Assembly: GCA_037143475.1 (NCBI GenBank)
Contig: JBAWYQ010000001.1
Coordinates: 30,927 to 94,926 of the forward strand
Direction of reading: 5' to 3'
Origin: Burkholderiales bacterium
GTDB taxonomy: Bacteria; Pseudomonadota; Gammaproteobacteria; Burkholderiales; Burkholderiaceae_C
DNA: 64,000 bases
The position numbers and the translations under genes are program-made. This document shows, in pieces, positions 37,265-47,502 of this stretch (the first letter of the stretch is position 1; each line of letters starts with the position of its first letter). The notes beneath the pieces are model-generated. The model made no database searches and was not told where the DNA came from. It saw only the letters and a program-made list of their open reading frames with translations.

Positions 37265-37310
37265 GGACGGCCGGGCGCGCGGGCTCATCGCGCGGAATCT
37301 GGCGCGCCGC

Positions 37311-38474
37311 TCAGCGCGGCATGCCCAAGGCGCGCTCGGCCATCACATTGAGCTGAATCTCATTGGTGCCGGCATAAATGGTGTCGGCGCGGCTGGACAG
37401 CCACAGTTGGTGCAGAGACTGGCGCAGGGGGTCTGCCGACACGGACTCCGCCGCGCTGCCCAACACGTCCATGGCCAGCTCGCCCAGGTTGCGGCGCCAG
37501 TTGGACCAAGCATATTTGGCAATGCTGGCAGCGCGCACATCGGTCGGCGCACCGCTCACGCGCAACGCGTGGTCGCGCAACGTCTGCAAGCCAAGTGCGG
37601 CCTGGGCGATGCGCTGGCGCAGCAGCGGGTCGCGGGCAGCCCCATTGGCACGGGCCAGCGCCAGCACGCTGTCGAGCTCGGCGCGAAAGTGCGCCTGCTG
37701 GCCCAGGGTGGAGGCACCGCGCTCGCAGGCCAGCAGGTACATGGCCACGGCCCAACCCTGGCCGGGGGCTCCCAAGTGCAGCGAGCCTTCCGTGCGGGCA
37801 CCGTCAAAAAACACCTCGTTGAATTCGCTGCCGCCGGTGATTTGCTTTATCGGGCGCAGCGTCACGCCGCTTTGCCGCAACGGCATCAGCAACAGCACCA
37901 GGCCCTTGTGACGGGTGGAGTCGGGCTCGCAACGGGCCAGCACAAAAATCCAGTCTGATTCATGGGCCCAGGAAGTCCAGACTTTTTGGCCATCGACAAT
38001 CCATTCGCCGCTGACCGGGTCCAGGCGCGCGCGGGTGCGCACTGCCGCCAGATCGGAGCCGGCACCCGGCTCGGAATAGCCCTGAGCCCAGTAGGTGGTG
38101 CCTGCCAAAATACCGGGCAGAAAGCGTTGCTGCTGCTCCGGCGTGCCATGTGCCATCAGGGTTGGCGCCAGCAGCGTCTCGCCGATGTGGCCGAGTCGGC
38201 CCGGCCCGCCGCAGCGCACGTACTCTTCGTGAAAAACTATTTGCTGCCCCAGTGGCAGATCGCGTCCGCCATGGGCCTGCGGCCAACCCAGGCCGGTCCA
38301 GCGGCCGGCTGCCATTTGCTGCTCCCAGCGCTTGGCCAGAGCCGCGTCGTAGCCAGGCGCACCCAGGCCGCCGGCACCCCGCAGGGATTCAAAGTCACCG
38401 CACAGGTGCGCTGCCATCCAGGCGCGCACCTCGGCCCGGAATTGCTGTTCAGCTGGCGTCTCTTGCACGTTCAT
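37311..38474 (-). CDS. Acyl-CoA dehydrogenase, alpha-type (ScdD/FadE-like)
   Basis: ATG 38474 overlaps the upstream TGA (ATGA). MNVQETPAEQQFRAEVRAW...; C-terminal IYAGTNEIQLNVMAERALGMP. Confidence 0.9.
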   Translation of the reverse strand: MNVQETPAEQQFRAEVRAWMAAHLCGDFESLRGAGGLGAPGYDAALAKRWEQQMAAGRWTGLGWPQAHGGRDLPLGQQIVFHEEYVRCGGPGRLGHIGETLLAPTLMAHGTPEQQQRFLPGILAGTTYWAQGYSEPGAGSDLAAVRTRARLDPVSGEWIVDGQKVWTSWAHESDWIFVLARCEPDSTRHKGLVLLLMPLRQSGVTLRPIKQITGGSEFNEVFFDGARTEGSLHLGAPGQGWAVAMYLLACERGASTLGQQAHFRAELDSVLALARANGAARDPLLRQRIAQAALGLQTLRDHALRVSGAPTDVRAASIAKYAWSNWRRNLGELAMDVLGSAAESVSADPLRQSLHQLWLSSRADTIYAGTNEIQLNVMAERALGMPR

Positions 38475-39622
38475 GGCAGGCACTCCGCAAGGGCATGGTT
38501 TTCGTCCAGCAATTGCGCGGCCACCTGCTCGCACCACCAGCTGACCGGAGCCAGCCGCTGGCTGGAAAGCTGCGCACGGCGCAGGAACAAATGGGGATCA
38601 AATTCCCAGGTAAAGCCCATGCCGCCATGCAGCTGAATGGCTTCGCGCGAACAAAACAGCGCGGCCTGCGTAGCCTCCATGCGGGCCTGGGCGGCATGAA
38701 AGAGCAATACCGCTGTAGTCGGATCGGTATCGGCCATGGCGGCCGCTCCATAGACGGCGGAGCGGGCCTGCTCCAGGACCACCAGCATCTGCGCGCAGCG
38801 GTGTTTGACGGCCTGGAAACTGGCAATGGCTTTGCCAAACTGCTGGCGCTGCGCGGTGTAGGCCAACGTGAGATCAAGACAGGCCTGGGCCACGCCCATC
38901 TGTTCGGCGGCCAGTGCAATCGCGGCCAGACAACTGGCGCGCTGCCAGGCCTGTGCCAAGTCCGGGCCACGTGCCAGGCAGGCCGTCGCTGGCAGCTGCA
39001 AATCCGTGGCACGAACGTCGGCGGCGCGGCGCGTGGCGTCCAGCGCCTGCAACGGTTCCAGGCTTAAGGACGGGGCATCGGCAGGCACCAAAAACAACAG
39101 GCATTCGCCCAACGCGGTGCGTGCCGGCAGCAGCAACGCATCGGCCAACTGCGCCGAGCCCACGCCCGGCCAGTGACCCTGTAGCACCCAGCCCGCACCA
39201 TTGGCATTGGCACGAGCCGTCAGACACTGATCTACATCCGGGTGCCCCATGGCCAGCGCCAGCACCCGTTCACCGTTGGCAATGCTGCCCAACAAGGCCT
39301 GGGTCTGCTCGTTGCCGGGGAGCGTGCGCAGCAGGCTGGCCGCCAGCACCACGCTGTCAAGAAAAGGGATGCAGGCCAGATGCCGGCCGAGTTGTTCCTG
39401 CAGCAGGGCCAGTTCCACCAGGCCCAGCCCCAGCCCGCCAGCCGCCTCGGGCAGGTGCACACCGCACCAGCCCATGGCGGCCACCTCCTGCCACAGGGCG
39501 CGGTCAAAGCCATCACCGGTTTCGCTGGTAGAGCGGACCTGCGTCAACGTGCTGGACTTGTCCAGAAACGCCACCGCACTATCGACGATCAGTTGCTGCT
39601 CGTCGTTCAATGCCAAATCCAT
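38471..39622 (-). CDS. Acyl-CoA dehydrogenase, beta-type
   Basis: 383 aa, ACAD fold, no C-terminal EIQ motif. Translationally coupled to the downstream alpha-type gene. Confidence 0.85.
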   Translation of the reverse strand: MDLALNDEQQLIVDSAVAFLDKSSTLTQVRSTSETGDGFDRALWQEVAAMGWCGVHLPEAAGGLGLGLVELALLQEQLGRHLACIPFLDSVVLAASLLRTLPGNEQTQALLGSIANGERVLALAMGHPDVDQCLTARANANGAGWVLQGHWPGVGSAQLADALLLPARTALGECLLFLVPADAPSLSLEPLQALDATRRAADVRATDLQLPATACLARGPDLAQAWQRASCLAAIALAAEQMGVAQACLDLTLAYTAQRQQFGKAIASFQAVKHRCAQMLVVLEQARSAVYGAAAMADTDPTTAVLLFHAAQARMEATQAALFCSREAIQLHGGMGFTWEFDPHLFLRRAQLSSQRLAPVSWWCEQVAAQLLDENHALAECLP

Positions 39623-39635
39623 GCAGCGCTCCCGC

Positions 39636-40511
39636 TCAGGTGCCGTAAACTTTTTGTGGCGGCACAGCCTCTTGAATCAGCCGGTCGACGACCGCTGTCA
39701 ATTCCGCCGGCTCCCATCGGGCGCCTTTGTCGAGAATGCTGCCGGTGCGCCAGCCATCGGCCAGCGAGATTTCTCCACCCTTGGCTTCAAAGCAGCGCCC
39801 GGTCACATGGCCCGAAAGCGTGCTGCCCAACCAGACCACGATGGAGGCCACGTTCAGCGGGTCCCAGACGTCGAAACCGCTCTCCGGTTTCTTGACCATA
39901 TCGGGCATGCCGGCTTCAGTCATGGCGGTGCGCGCCGCCGGTGCCAGGCAATTTACGGTGATGCCGTAGCGCGCCAGTTCGGCCGCCTGCACCAAGGTCA
40001 GACCGGCAATGCCGGCCTTGGCAGCGGCATAGTTGCTCTGCCCGATGGAGCCTTGCAGGCCGGCACCGGAGCTGGTGTTGATGATGCGGGCGTCCGTCTT
40101 GTTACCGGCCTTGGCCAGGTCGCGCCAGCGCCGACCCAGCACATTGGCCAGGCAGAAGTGACCCTTGAGGTGCACGCGCATGACAGCGTCCCAATCATCT
40201 TCGCTGAGGGACAGAAACATGCGGTCGCGCAGGATGCCGGCGTTGTTGACCAGCACATGCACGTCACCAAACTCGGCCAGCGCGACATCGACGATGGCCT
40301 GAGCCCCTGCCACGGTGGTGATGTCACCGCCGTTGGCCAGTGCCCGGCCACCTTGTGCCATAACTTCATCGGCCACGGCCTGGGCACTCTCCAGGCGAAT
40401 GTCGTTGACGACGACGTTAGCGCCTTCAGCCGCGAAGGCCAGCGCGTAGGCGCGCCCCAGGCCGCCGCCGGCACCGGTGATGAGGACCGTGCGTTGTGTG
40501 CAAATACCCAT
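39636..40511 (-). CDS. SDR, MFE-2/17beta-HSD4-like hydroxyacyl-CoA dehydrogenase
   Basis: 291 aa; VLITGAGGGLGRAYALAFAAEGANVVVND, YAAAKAG. Confidence 0.85.
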   Translation of the reverse strand: MGICTQRTVLITGAGGGLGRAYALAFAAEGANVVVNDIRLESAQAVADEVMAQGGRALANGGDITTVAGAQAIVDVALAEFGDVHVLVNNAGILRDRMFLSLSEDDWDAVMRVHLKGHFCLANVLGRRWRDLAKAGNKTDARIINTSSGAGLQGSIGQSNYAAAKAGIAGLTLVQAAELARYGITVNCLAPAARTAMTEAGMPDMVKKPESGFDVWDPLNVASIVVWLGSTLSGHVTGRCFEAKGGEISLADGWRTGSILDKGARWEPAELTAVVDRLIQEAVPPQKVYGT

Positions 40512-40516
40512 GGTGT

Positions 40517-41683
40517 TCAGAGTCTTTCAATAATGGTGACGTTGGCCTGGCCGCCGCCTTCGCACATGGTCTGCAGGCCATAGCGCCCGCCGGTGCGTTC
40601 GAGTTCATGCAACAAGGTGGTCATCAGCTTGACGCCCGATGCACCTAACGGATGGCCCAGCGCGATGGCGCCTCCATTCACATTGGTGCGCGCATGGGCG
40701 TAGCCGGTTTCTTTGAGCCAGGCCATGACCACCGAGGCAAAGGCTTCGTTGATTTCCACCAGGTCGATGTCATCCAGCTTGAAGCCTGATTTTTTAAGGG
40801 CACGGGCCGTGGCAGGAATGGGCGCGGTCAGATGCCAGATGGGATCGTCAGCCAGCACGCTCAGGTGCGCAATGCGGGCGCGCGGCGTCAGCCCGTAGCG
40901 CTTGAGCGCTGCCTCCGACACCACCAGCACCGCGGCCGCGGCATCGCAGGTGGAACTGGACACCGCAGCGGTAATGCCCGGGTAGGCCGGGTCGACCGGT
41001 GCCAGTGTGGCCATTTTTTCGAGGGTGCTGGCACGTGCGGTTTCGTCCATGCGGAAGACGGTGCCATCTGGCAGCGTGTAGGGAACCACCTCGCGATCGA
41101 AACGCCCTTCGGCGATGGCACGCAGCGCGCGGTCGTGGCTTTCCTTGGCAAAGACTTCCATGCTTTCACGCGTGGCGCCCCAATGGTCGGCAATGCGTTG
41201 GGCGGCATAAAACTGGTTGACCGGTGCGTTGCCAAAACGGGCCTGCCAGCCCCGGCTTTCGGCAAAGGGGGTGCTGAAGCCCAGCGGTTGCCCGGCCAGC
41301 ATGGCCGAGGAGATCGGGATCGCGCTCATGGTCTGCACACCGCCGGCCAGCACTACATCCTGCGTGCCGCTCATCACCGCCTGCGCGGCAAAGTGAACCG
41401 CCTGCTGCGACGAGCCGCATTGCCGGTCAATGGTGGTGCCCGGCACATTCAGTGGCATGCCCGCAGCCAGCCAGGCGGTGCGGGCGATGTCGCCGGCCAG
41501 CGCGCCAATGGTGTCCACGCAACCAAAGATCACGTCGTCGTATTCAGCGGCGGGAATCTGGTTGCGCTCGACGATGGCGCGAATCACATGGGCGCCCAGG
41601 TCGGCGCCATGCACCGCAGCCAGCGAACCCTTGCGCTTGCCGGTGGGCGAACGCAGGGCGTCGACGATATAAGCTTCTGCCAT
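40517..41683 (-). CDS. Acetyl-CoA C-acyltransferase (thiolase, FadA6/ScdF-like)
   Basis: ATG 41683 ([19 protein letters not shown]). [28 protein letters not shown]. Confidence 0.9.
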   Translation of the reverse strand: MAEAYIVDALRSPTGKRKGSLAAVHGADLGAHVIRAIVERNQIPAAEYDDVIFGCVDTIGALAGDIARTAWLAAGMPLNVPGTTIDRQCGSSQQAVHFAAQAVMSGTQDVVLAGGVQTMSAIPISSAMLAGQPLGFSTPFAESRGWQARFGNAPVNQFYAAQRIADHWGATRESMEVFAKESHDRALRAIAEGRFDREVVPYTLPDGTVFRMDETARASTLEKMATLAPVDPAYPGITAAVSSSTCDAAAAVLVVSEAALKRYGLTPRARIAHLSVLADDPIWHLTAPIPATARALKKSGFKLDDIDLVEINEAFASVVMAWLKETGYAHARTNVNGGAIALGHPLGASGVKLMTTLLHELERTGGRYGLQTMCEGGGQANVTIIERL

Positions 41684-41702
41684 AAGAGATACGAGTCCAG
41701 GG

Positions 41703-42782
41703 TTAGTGTGAAAGGGTGGCTTGGAAGGTGGCACCGGGTCCGAGCAACTCGGGTGTCAGAAGAAGATCGGCCAACCGGGCCTGGTGGAAAGCGCGGTCGC
41801 CCCAGGCGGCATCCAGCGCCCAGGCCCGCTTCATGAACATTTGCAAATCCACTTCCCAGGTGTAGCCCATGGCACCGTGCACCTGGATGCCCTTGCGTGC
41901 GGCGCTCCAGGCCGCATCGCTGCAAGCCAGCTTGGCGTGAGCCACGCGCACCGCCAGGTTTTTCTCAGCGCCGGCCAATGCAGCTACGGCACGGTACAGC
42001 ACCGGCTTGGCAAATTCGATCTTGGTGACCACGTCCGCCAAGTGGTGCTTGACCGCCTGAAACGAGCCGATGGGCTTACCAAATTGTTTGCGTTGTGCGG
42101 CGTAGTCCACCGACAGATCCAGCATGCGTTGGGCCAGCCCCACCATCTGCCCGGCAGCGCAGAGCGCACCGCGTGCCAGCGTCTCATCCCACAGGCGCTG
42201 ACCGATCACGCCGTCGGTGACTCGCGTGACGTCAGTTGGCTGCCATTGCACCGTTGCCAAACGACGCGAGGCATCAATGCTACGCAAAGGTGTAATTTCC
42301 ACGGCGCTGCCCGGCACCACATGAAGCTCAAGCCCTTGTGGCGTTGCATGGGGCAGCAACAGCAGATCGGCCAGATGGGCATCGGCCACCCAGGGATTGA
42401 CCGGATGGCCCACAGCGATGCGGCAACTGCCGTCCACGATGCGCGGCAACCAGGTGCTGCGCAGCGCATGGCCGGGTACCAGACCGGCGAGCATGCCTGC
42501 GGCGATGCAGGCGGTGTCAGCCAGCGAGTCGGGGATGGCGTAGTAGCCCAGCTCCTGCGTCATCAGGGCCCAGTCCATATCGCCCAGACCCAGGCCGCCT
42601 TCGGCTTCGGGCACGGACAGGCCGGTGAGTCCCTGCTGGGCGATCTGACGGCGCAGCTTTGGGGAACGCCCGACATCGGTTTCCCAGATCTCGCGCAGGG
42701 CTTCCGGCGCCGCCTCGGTCATCAGGAGGCGGCTGACGGAATCGCGCAGTTCGATCTGCTCATCGCTGAAAGTGAAGTCCAT
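41703..42782 (-). CDS. Acyl-CoA dehydrogenase, beta-type
   Basis: 359 aa, ACAD fold, lacks the EIQ motif. Confidence 0.85.
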   Translation of the reverse strand: MDFTFSDEQIELRDSVSRLLMTEAAPEALREIWETDVGRSPKLRRQIAQQGLTGLSVPEAEGGLGLGDMDWALMTQELGYYAIPDSLADTACIAAGMLAGLVPGHALRSTWLPRIVDGSCRIAVGHPVNPWVADAHLADLLLLPHATPQGLELHVVPGSAVEITPLRSIDASRRLATVQWQPTDVTRVTDGVIGQRLWDETLARGALCAAGQMVGLAQRMLDLSVDYAAQRKQFGKPIGSFQAVKHHLADVVTKIEFAKPVLYRAVAALAGAEKNLAVRVAHAKLACSDAAWSAARKGIQVHGAMGYTWEVDLQMFMKRAWALDAAWGDRAFHQARLADLLLTPELLGPGATFQATLSH

Positions 42783-42794
42783 GAATACCTCCGC

Positions 42795-43949
42795 TTAGGA
42801 TTTGGGCAGACCGAGCACGCGCTCGGCAATGATGTTGCGTTGAATCTCGTTGCTGCCGGCATAGATCGGGCCGGCCTGCGAAAACAGAAAGCCCTCCAAC
42901 CAGTCGTGCACCTCGGGGTCGTCCACCAGTTCTGCGCGCGGTCCGAGAATGCGCATGGCGGTCTCGTGCAATTGCAGATCGAGTTCGGACCAGAAGATTT
43001 TGTTGGTGCTGGACTCGGCACCAATGGCGGCACCGCGGTTGAGCCGGCCCACCGTGTGGTAGCTCGCCAGCGTATAGGCCTCGGCACCCATCCAGGCGCG
43101 CAGCACGGCGTCGCGGATGGAGGGGTCGCGGTCGGCGCTTGCCTGGTGCTTGCGGTACAGCTGCACCAGCTTTTGCGCACCGCGCTGAAAGCGCGCCGGC
43201 GAGCGCAGCAGAAGGCCGCGCTCAAAGCCGGCGGTGGCCATGGCCACATTCCAGCCCTGCCCTTCTTCGCCCACCAGGTTTTCGGCAGGCACCCGGACGT
43301 CATCAAAAAACACCTCGGCAAAGGCCTGCTTGCCGTTGAGCGCACGGATGGGGCGCACCGTGATGCCCTTGGCATCCAGCGGCACCAACATGTACGACAG
43401 GCCGTGGTGGCGGCTCGACGTCGGGTCACTGCGGAACAGTCCAAACAACCAGTTGGCAAATAGGGCGCGGGTCGACCAGGTCTTCTGGCCATTGAGCACA
43501 AAGTGATCACCGTCGCGGATGGCGCGGCTGCTGATGGCGGCCATGTCCGAGCCGGCGTTGGGCTCACTCCAGCCCTGCGCCCACATGTGCGCACAGCGCG
43601 CCATTTGCGGCAAAAATTTTGCTTTTTGTTCTGGCGTACCGAATTCCATCAGCGTGGGGCCCAGCAACAGGATTCCATTTTGGTTGACGCGCTGCGGCGC
43701 ATCCAGCGCCCAGTATTCCTCTTCAAAAATCAGCCACTCGATCAGGTCACAACCACGTCCGCCCAATTCTTTGGGCCAGGTGACGCTGCTCCAGCCACCC
43801 TCGGCCAGGGTGGCTTCCCACTGGCGATGCTGCTCGAAACCCTCGCGAGTGTCGTAGCTGGCAAAGGCCTGACGTGGCACATGGGTGTGTAGCCATGCAC
43901 GCACTTCTTCCCGAAATGCATGTTGAGCCGGCGTGTAATTGAGGTCCAT
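42795..43949 (-). CDS. Acyl-CoA dehydrogenase, alpha-type
   Basis: ATG 43949 (MDLNYTPAQHAFREEVRAW). C-terminal IYAGSNEIQRNIIAERVLGLP. Confidence 0.9.
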   Translation of the reverse strand: MDLNYTPAQHAFREEVRAWLHTHVPRQAFASYDTREGFEQHRQWEATLAEGGWSSVTWPKELGGRGCDLIEWLIFEEEYWALDAPQRVNQNGILLLGPTLMEFGTPEQKAKFLPQMARCAHMWAQGWSEPNAGSDMAAISSRAIRDGDHFVLNGQKTWSTRALFANWLFGLFRSDPTSSRHHGLSYMLVPLDAKGITVRPIRALNGKQAFAEVFFDDVRVPAENLVGEEGQGWNVAMATAGFERGLLLRSPARFQRGAQKLVQLYRKHQASADRDPSIRDAVLRAWMGAEAYTLASYHTVGRLNRGAAIGAESSTNKIFWSELDLQLHETAMRILGPRAELVDDPEVHDWLEGFLFSQAGPIYAGSNEIQRNIIAERVLGLPKS

Positions 43950-43962
43950 CTTGTGCTCCCGT

Positions 43963-44718
43963 CTAAAACTTGGCTTCGCGCTTGTCAACAAAGGCGGCGC
44001 GCGTGGCCGCTGAGTCCGGGCTCATGTAGGCCTGCAGGGTGAAGCCCTGCTCCCAGCGGTATTGGTCTTCCAGATTGCTGGCTTCGATACCGGTCAGCGC
44101 CTCCTTGGCGATGCGGATCATGGCCGGGCTCTTGGCCGCAATACGTGCGGCGATGGCCATGGCCGTGTCGCGCAGCTGCTCGCGCGGCACCACGCGCTCA
44201 ATCGCCCCAAGGCTAAAGGCCTCCTGCGCGCCAATCATTTCGCCGGTGAAAAACAGGTACCGCGTTTTCTGCACGCCGAACATGCGCTGCAGATGGGCGG
44301 CACCGCCCATGGCACCCCGGTCCACCTCGGGCAGGCCAAACGAGGCATCGTCGGCCGCGATGACGATGTCGGCCGCACCGCAGATGCCTATGCCGCCGCC
44401 CAGCACAAAGCCATGTACTGCGGCAATCACCGGCACCTTGTTCAAGTGCACGGCCTTGAAGGTGGCGTAGTTGCCGGCATTGACCGAAACAATGAGTTTG
44501 TCGTTGGCAGCCAGTTCTTTGATATCGACGCCGGCACAAAAACCGCGGTTCTCGGCCCGTATCACGATCACGCGCACTTCCGGGCGCTCACCCATGCTGC
44601 CGATCTCAGTGGCCAGCGCATGCCAGCCGGCAGCATTGAGGGCGTTGACGGGGGCACGGTCAATTACGATTTCGGCCACGCCGTTTTCGTGCAGAGTGGA
44701 GTGAAATTGAGGTTGCAT
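43963..44718 (-). CDS. Enoyl-CoA hydratase (crotonase)
   Basis: 251 aa; FCAGVDIKE, HGFVLGGGIGICGAAD. Confidence 0.9.
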   Translation of the reverse strand: MQPQFHSTLHENGVAEIVIDRAPVNALNAAGWHALATEIGSMGERPEVRVIVIRAENRGFCAGVDIKELAANDKLIVSVNAGNYATFKAVHLNKVPVIAAVHGFVLGGGIGICGAADIVIAADDASFGLPEVDRGAMGGAAHLQRMFGVQKTRYLFFTGEMIGAQEAFSLGAIERVVPREQLRDTAMAIAARIAAKSPAMIRIAKEALTGIEASNLEDQYRWEQGFTLQAYMSPDSAATRAAFVDKREAKF

Positions 44719-44730
44719 AGTTGGATTTCT

Positions 44731-45813
44731 TCAGACTGCCCGGCTCGCGAGCTGGTTCAAGACTTGGCGGCGCTCACGCGCCTGCGTGACGATGCCGCAG
44801 ATGACCTGCTCGCAGCTGTCCAGACGACCGATCAGCGCGGCCACTTGGCCGGCTGACATCACACCCTGTGCGGGCTGGCCGTCGACCATGGAGCGCTGCA
44901 GCAACATCGGGGCATTGGCGGCCATCACGGTCTGGGCCACGCTACTCGGATCTTCACGCAGCGCTTGCCACAACACAGCCCAGGCGTGTTGCATCGTCAT
45001 GCCGGTCTCGGCCTTGTATTGCAGTGCCAGACGCACAGCAATGCGCAGGCGCTTGAGTGGCGATGCTTTCTCCAGCATCGCCAAGTATTCGTTGGGAATC
45101 ATGCGCTGAGGCATGCCGTCCACCAGATGCGAGATCTGGATTTTTTCGGCATCGCGCGTGGCCAGGTAGCGCGCCAACGTGGCCTCAGGGACACCGGAGT
45201 CGCTGGTCATCAAAAAGCGTGTCCCCATGGCAATGCCGTCGGCACCATAGGCCAGTGCAGCCAACAATCCGCGGCCATCGTAGAAACCACCGGCTGCAAG
45301 CACCGGCACCTTGACCGCATCCACCACCTGAGGCAGCAGCACGGTAGTGGGCACCGAGCCGGTATGTCCGCCCCCTTCACCGCCTTGCACGGTGATGACG
45401 TTGGCGCCCATCTCGATGGCTTTTTGCGCATGCTTGAGTGCGCCGACCGTGGGCATGCAGACAATGCCGGCATCGCGCAGACGTCCGATCACCTTTTTGT
45501 CGGGGCCGCGACCATAGCTGACCGCGCGCAGACGGTGTTTGACCGCCAGGTCCAGCAACTGTTGCGCGTTGGGCTGGAACATGTGGAAGTTCAAGCCAAA
45601 GGGTTTGTCACCCGTGAGTTGCTTGACGCGCAGGATTTCGGCTTCGATCCGGTCGGCGGCAATGGTGGCACCTGCAAGAAACCCAAAGCCACCGGCGTTG
45701 GTAGTGGCCGCCACCAGGGACGAACCGGCAACCCAACCCATAGCCGTCTGGATGATGGGGTACTGGCAGCCCAGCATTTCGCACAATGGCGTTTTGAAAT
45801 CAGTGTCGCTCAC
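44731..45813 (-). CDS. Nitronate monooxygenase (NPD)-fold FMN enzyme, IpdC/ScdK-like acyl-CoA reductase candidate
   Basis: 360 aa, GTG start overlapping the upstream TGA (GTGA). TIM-barrel FMN motifs (IIQTAMGWV, QGGEGGGHTG, AAGGFYDGRG). Confidence 0.85.
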   Translation of the reverse strand: MSDTDFKTPLCEMLGCQYPIIQTAMGWVAGSSLVAATTNAGGFGFLAGATIAADRIEAEILRVKQLTGDKPFGLNFHMFQPNAQQLLDLAVKHRLRAVSYGRGPDKKVIGRLRDAGIVCMPTVGALKHAQKAIEMGANVITVQGGEGGGHTGSVPTTVLLPQVVDAVKVPVLAAGGFYDGRGLLAALAYGADGIAMGTRFLMTSDSGVPEATLARYLATRDAEKIQISHLVDGMPQRMIPNEYLAMLEKASPLKRLRIAVRLALQYKAETGMTMQHAWAVLWQALREDPSSVAQTVMAANAPMLLQRSMVDGQPAQGVMSAGQVAALIGRLDSCEQVICGIVTQARERRQVLNQLASRAV

Positions 45814-46715
45814 GGGGTGTCGCCCTTTTTGTTGGCTGCGACCATGGACTTGGCATCGTGACCGCCCAGTGCGCCTTCACCCAGCACCTGGCTGTGCGCG
45901 TGTGCAAACTGGTGGTAGCCAAAGGCAATGTCCATGCTGGTGCGCAAACCCTGTAGTTCTTCGACGCGGTTGATCACCGTCTTGGTCAGTGCCAGTCCCA
46001 TGCGGGGCTGCTGTGCAATGCGTGTGGCGATGGCGTAGGTCTGCGCCTCCAGTTGAGCTCTGGGCAAAACGCGGTTGAGCATGCCCATCTGGTAAGCCCG
46101 GTCCGCCGTCATGCGGTCCCCCAGGAACAGAAACTCTTTGGCAATGCGCGGGTTCAGTTCATGGACATGGGCAAAATATTCGACACCGGGAATACCCATG
46201 CGCACCACCGGATCCTGAAAGAAGGCGTCGTCGCTGGCAATGATCAGATCGCAAATCCAGGCCAGCATCAGTCCCCCGGCAATACAGCCGCCTTGCACCA
46301 TGGCGATGGTGGGTTTGGGGATGTCATGCCAGCGGCGGCACATGCCCAGATAGACCTCCTGCTCGCGCACGAAGAGTTGTTCTGCGCCGGGTTTGTTGGT
46401 GTGGTCCCACCACAGGCTTTCGCGCTCGAACGGTTTGTTGATGTCACGCCCGGGAGTGCCGATGTCGTGGCCGGCGCTGAAGTGTTTTCCCTCGCCCCGC
46501 AACACGATCACCTTGATGCTGTCGTCGTCGGCAGCACGCCGGAAAGCAGCATCCAGGGCATACGTCATCTGCGAATTCTGCGCATTGTTGAATGCGGGTC
46601 GGTTCATCGTCAGCGACGCCACGCCATCCTGGCTGGCGTACAGGACCGGCTCTGTGGTCTCGTACACCGCCCGATTTTCACGAAATACTAAGCCGTCACC
46701 GGTATCAGTTGTCAT
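45810..46715 (-). CDS. Enoyl-CoA hydratase, EchA20/ScdN-like
   Basis: 301 aa, long-form crotonase (FSAGHDIG, QGGCIAGGLMLAWICD) next to IpdAB-like genes. Confidence 0.85.
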   Translation of the reverse strand: MTTDTGDGLVFRENRAVYETTEPVLYASQDGVASLTMNRPAFNNAQNSQMTYALDAAFRRAADDDSIKVIVLRGEGKHFSAGHDIGTPGRDINKPFERESLWWDHTNKPGAEQLFVREQEVYLGMCRRWHDIPKPTIAMVQGGCIAGGLMLAWICDLIIASDDAFFQDPVVRMGIPGVEYFAHVHELNPRIAKEFLFLGDRMTADRAYQMGMLNRVLPRAQLEAQTYAIATRIAQQPRMGLALTKTVINRVEELQGLRTSMDIAFGYHQFAHAHSQVLGEGALGGHDAKSMVAANKKGDTP

Positions 46716-46726
46716 GGTGGGTTCGC

Positions 46727-47491
46727 CTAGCCTAGTGCCGAGGCACGCAGATTGTGGGGATCAAGCCGGGCCAACAATTCCATTTGCTCGGCGGTGGGTG
46801 CGGGGGTTTCGGGTATGTTCTCGGGCAGGTAAAGTGGGAAACCCGTTGCCTCCTGCACCTGTGCTGCAGTAACGCCGGGATGCAAAGACACCAGGCGCAC
46901 CTGGTGCGCAGGGCCGCCAAAGTCCAATACGCACAGATTGGTGAAGATGAAACGGATGTCAATTTCGTCCAAACTCCAACCACGCGCCAGGCGCGCCGGG
47001 TTGTAGCCGACTGAAGCCACCATATCCACCTCACCCGCCACCAGAACCTTGGTGCTGTGGTTGGGCACAAAGAATGAATTGGCGTGGTTGATAGAGTTAC
47101 CCGGAAAGCCACGCACGCCCAACATCATCGACTTGGGGCGGTCGTAGTCCGCACCGACCATCGAAATATTGGCTTGCCCGAAGCGGTCAATTTGCGTAGG
47201 GCCCACCATGGCATGGCGTTTGCCACCCCAGACGTTGTCGAAAATCCGCGAGAAGCCCATCCAGCTTTCGCGCTGGGGTGCATAGCCTTTGCGGGGACCT
47301 ACTGGAACCGGCTCGCTCACCAGCCAGGCCTCGGAATCGGTCATCATCAGGTCGGTATTGATGGACACCATGCACAACGATGCGGCCAGCCGAGAGACCA
47401 CACCGATGCCGGTGGCCAATACTTCACCGTCGTCTTTCCAGGCCTGTGCCGCTGCACAAATGATTCGGTCTACCAGAGATATTTCAGTCAT
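46727..47491 (-). CDS. CoA-transferase family I subunit B (IpdB/ScdL2-like)
   Basis: ATG 47491 (MTEISLVDRIICAAAQAW). The ORF-track extension to 47608 overlaps the subunit A gene. Confidence 0.85.
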   Translation of the reverse strand: MTEISLVDRIICAAAQAWKDDGEVLATGIGVVSRLAASLCMVSINTDLMMTDSEAWLVSEPVPVGPRKGYAPQRESWMGFSRIFDNVWGGKRHAMVGPTQIDRFGQANISMVGADYDRPKSMMLGVRGFPGNSINHANSFFVPNHSTKVLVAGEVDMVASVGYNPARLARGWSLDEIDIRFIFTNLCVLDFGGPAHQVRLVSLHPGVTAAQVQEATGFPLYLPENIPETPAPTAEQMELLARLDPHNLRASALG

Positions 47492-47502
47492 ACCGTACTC
47501 GC

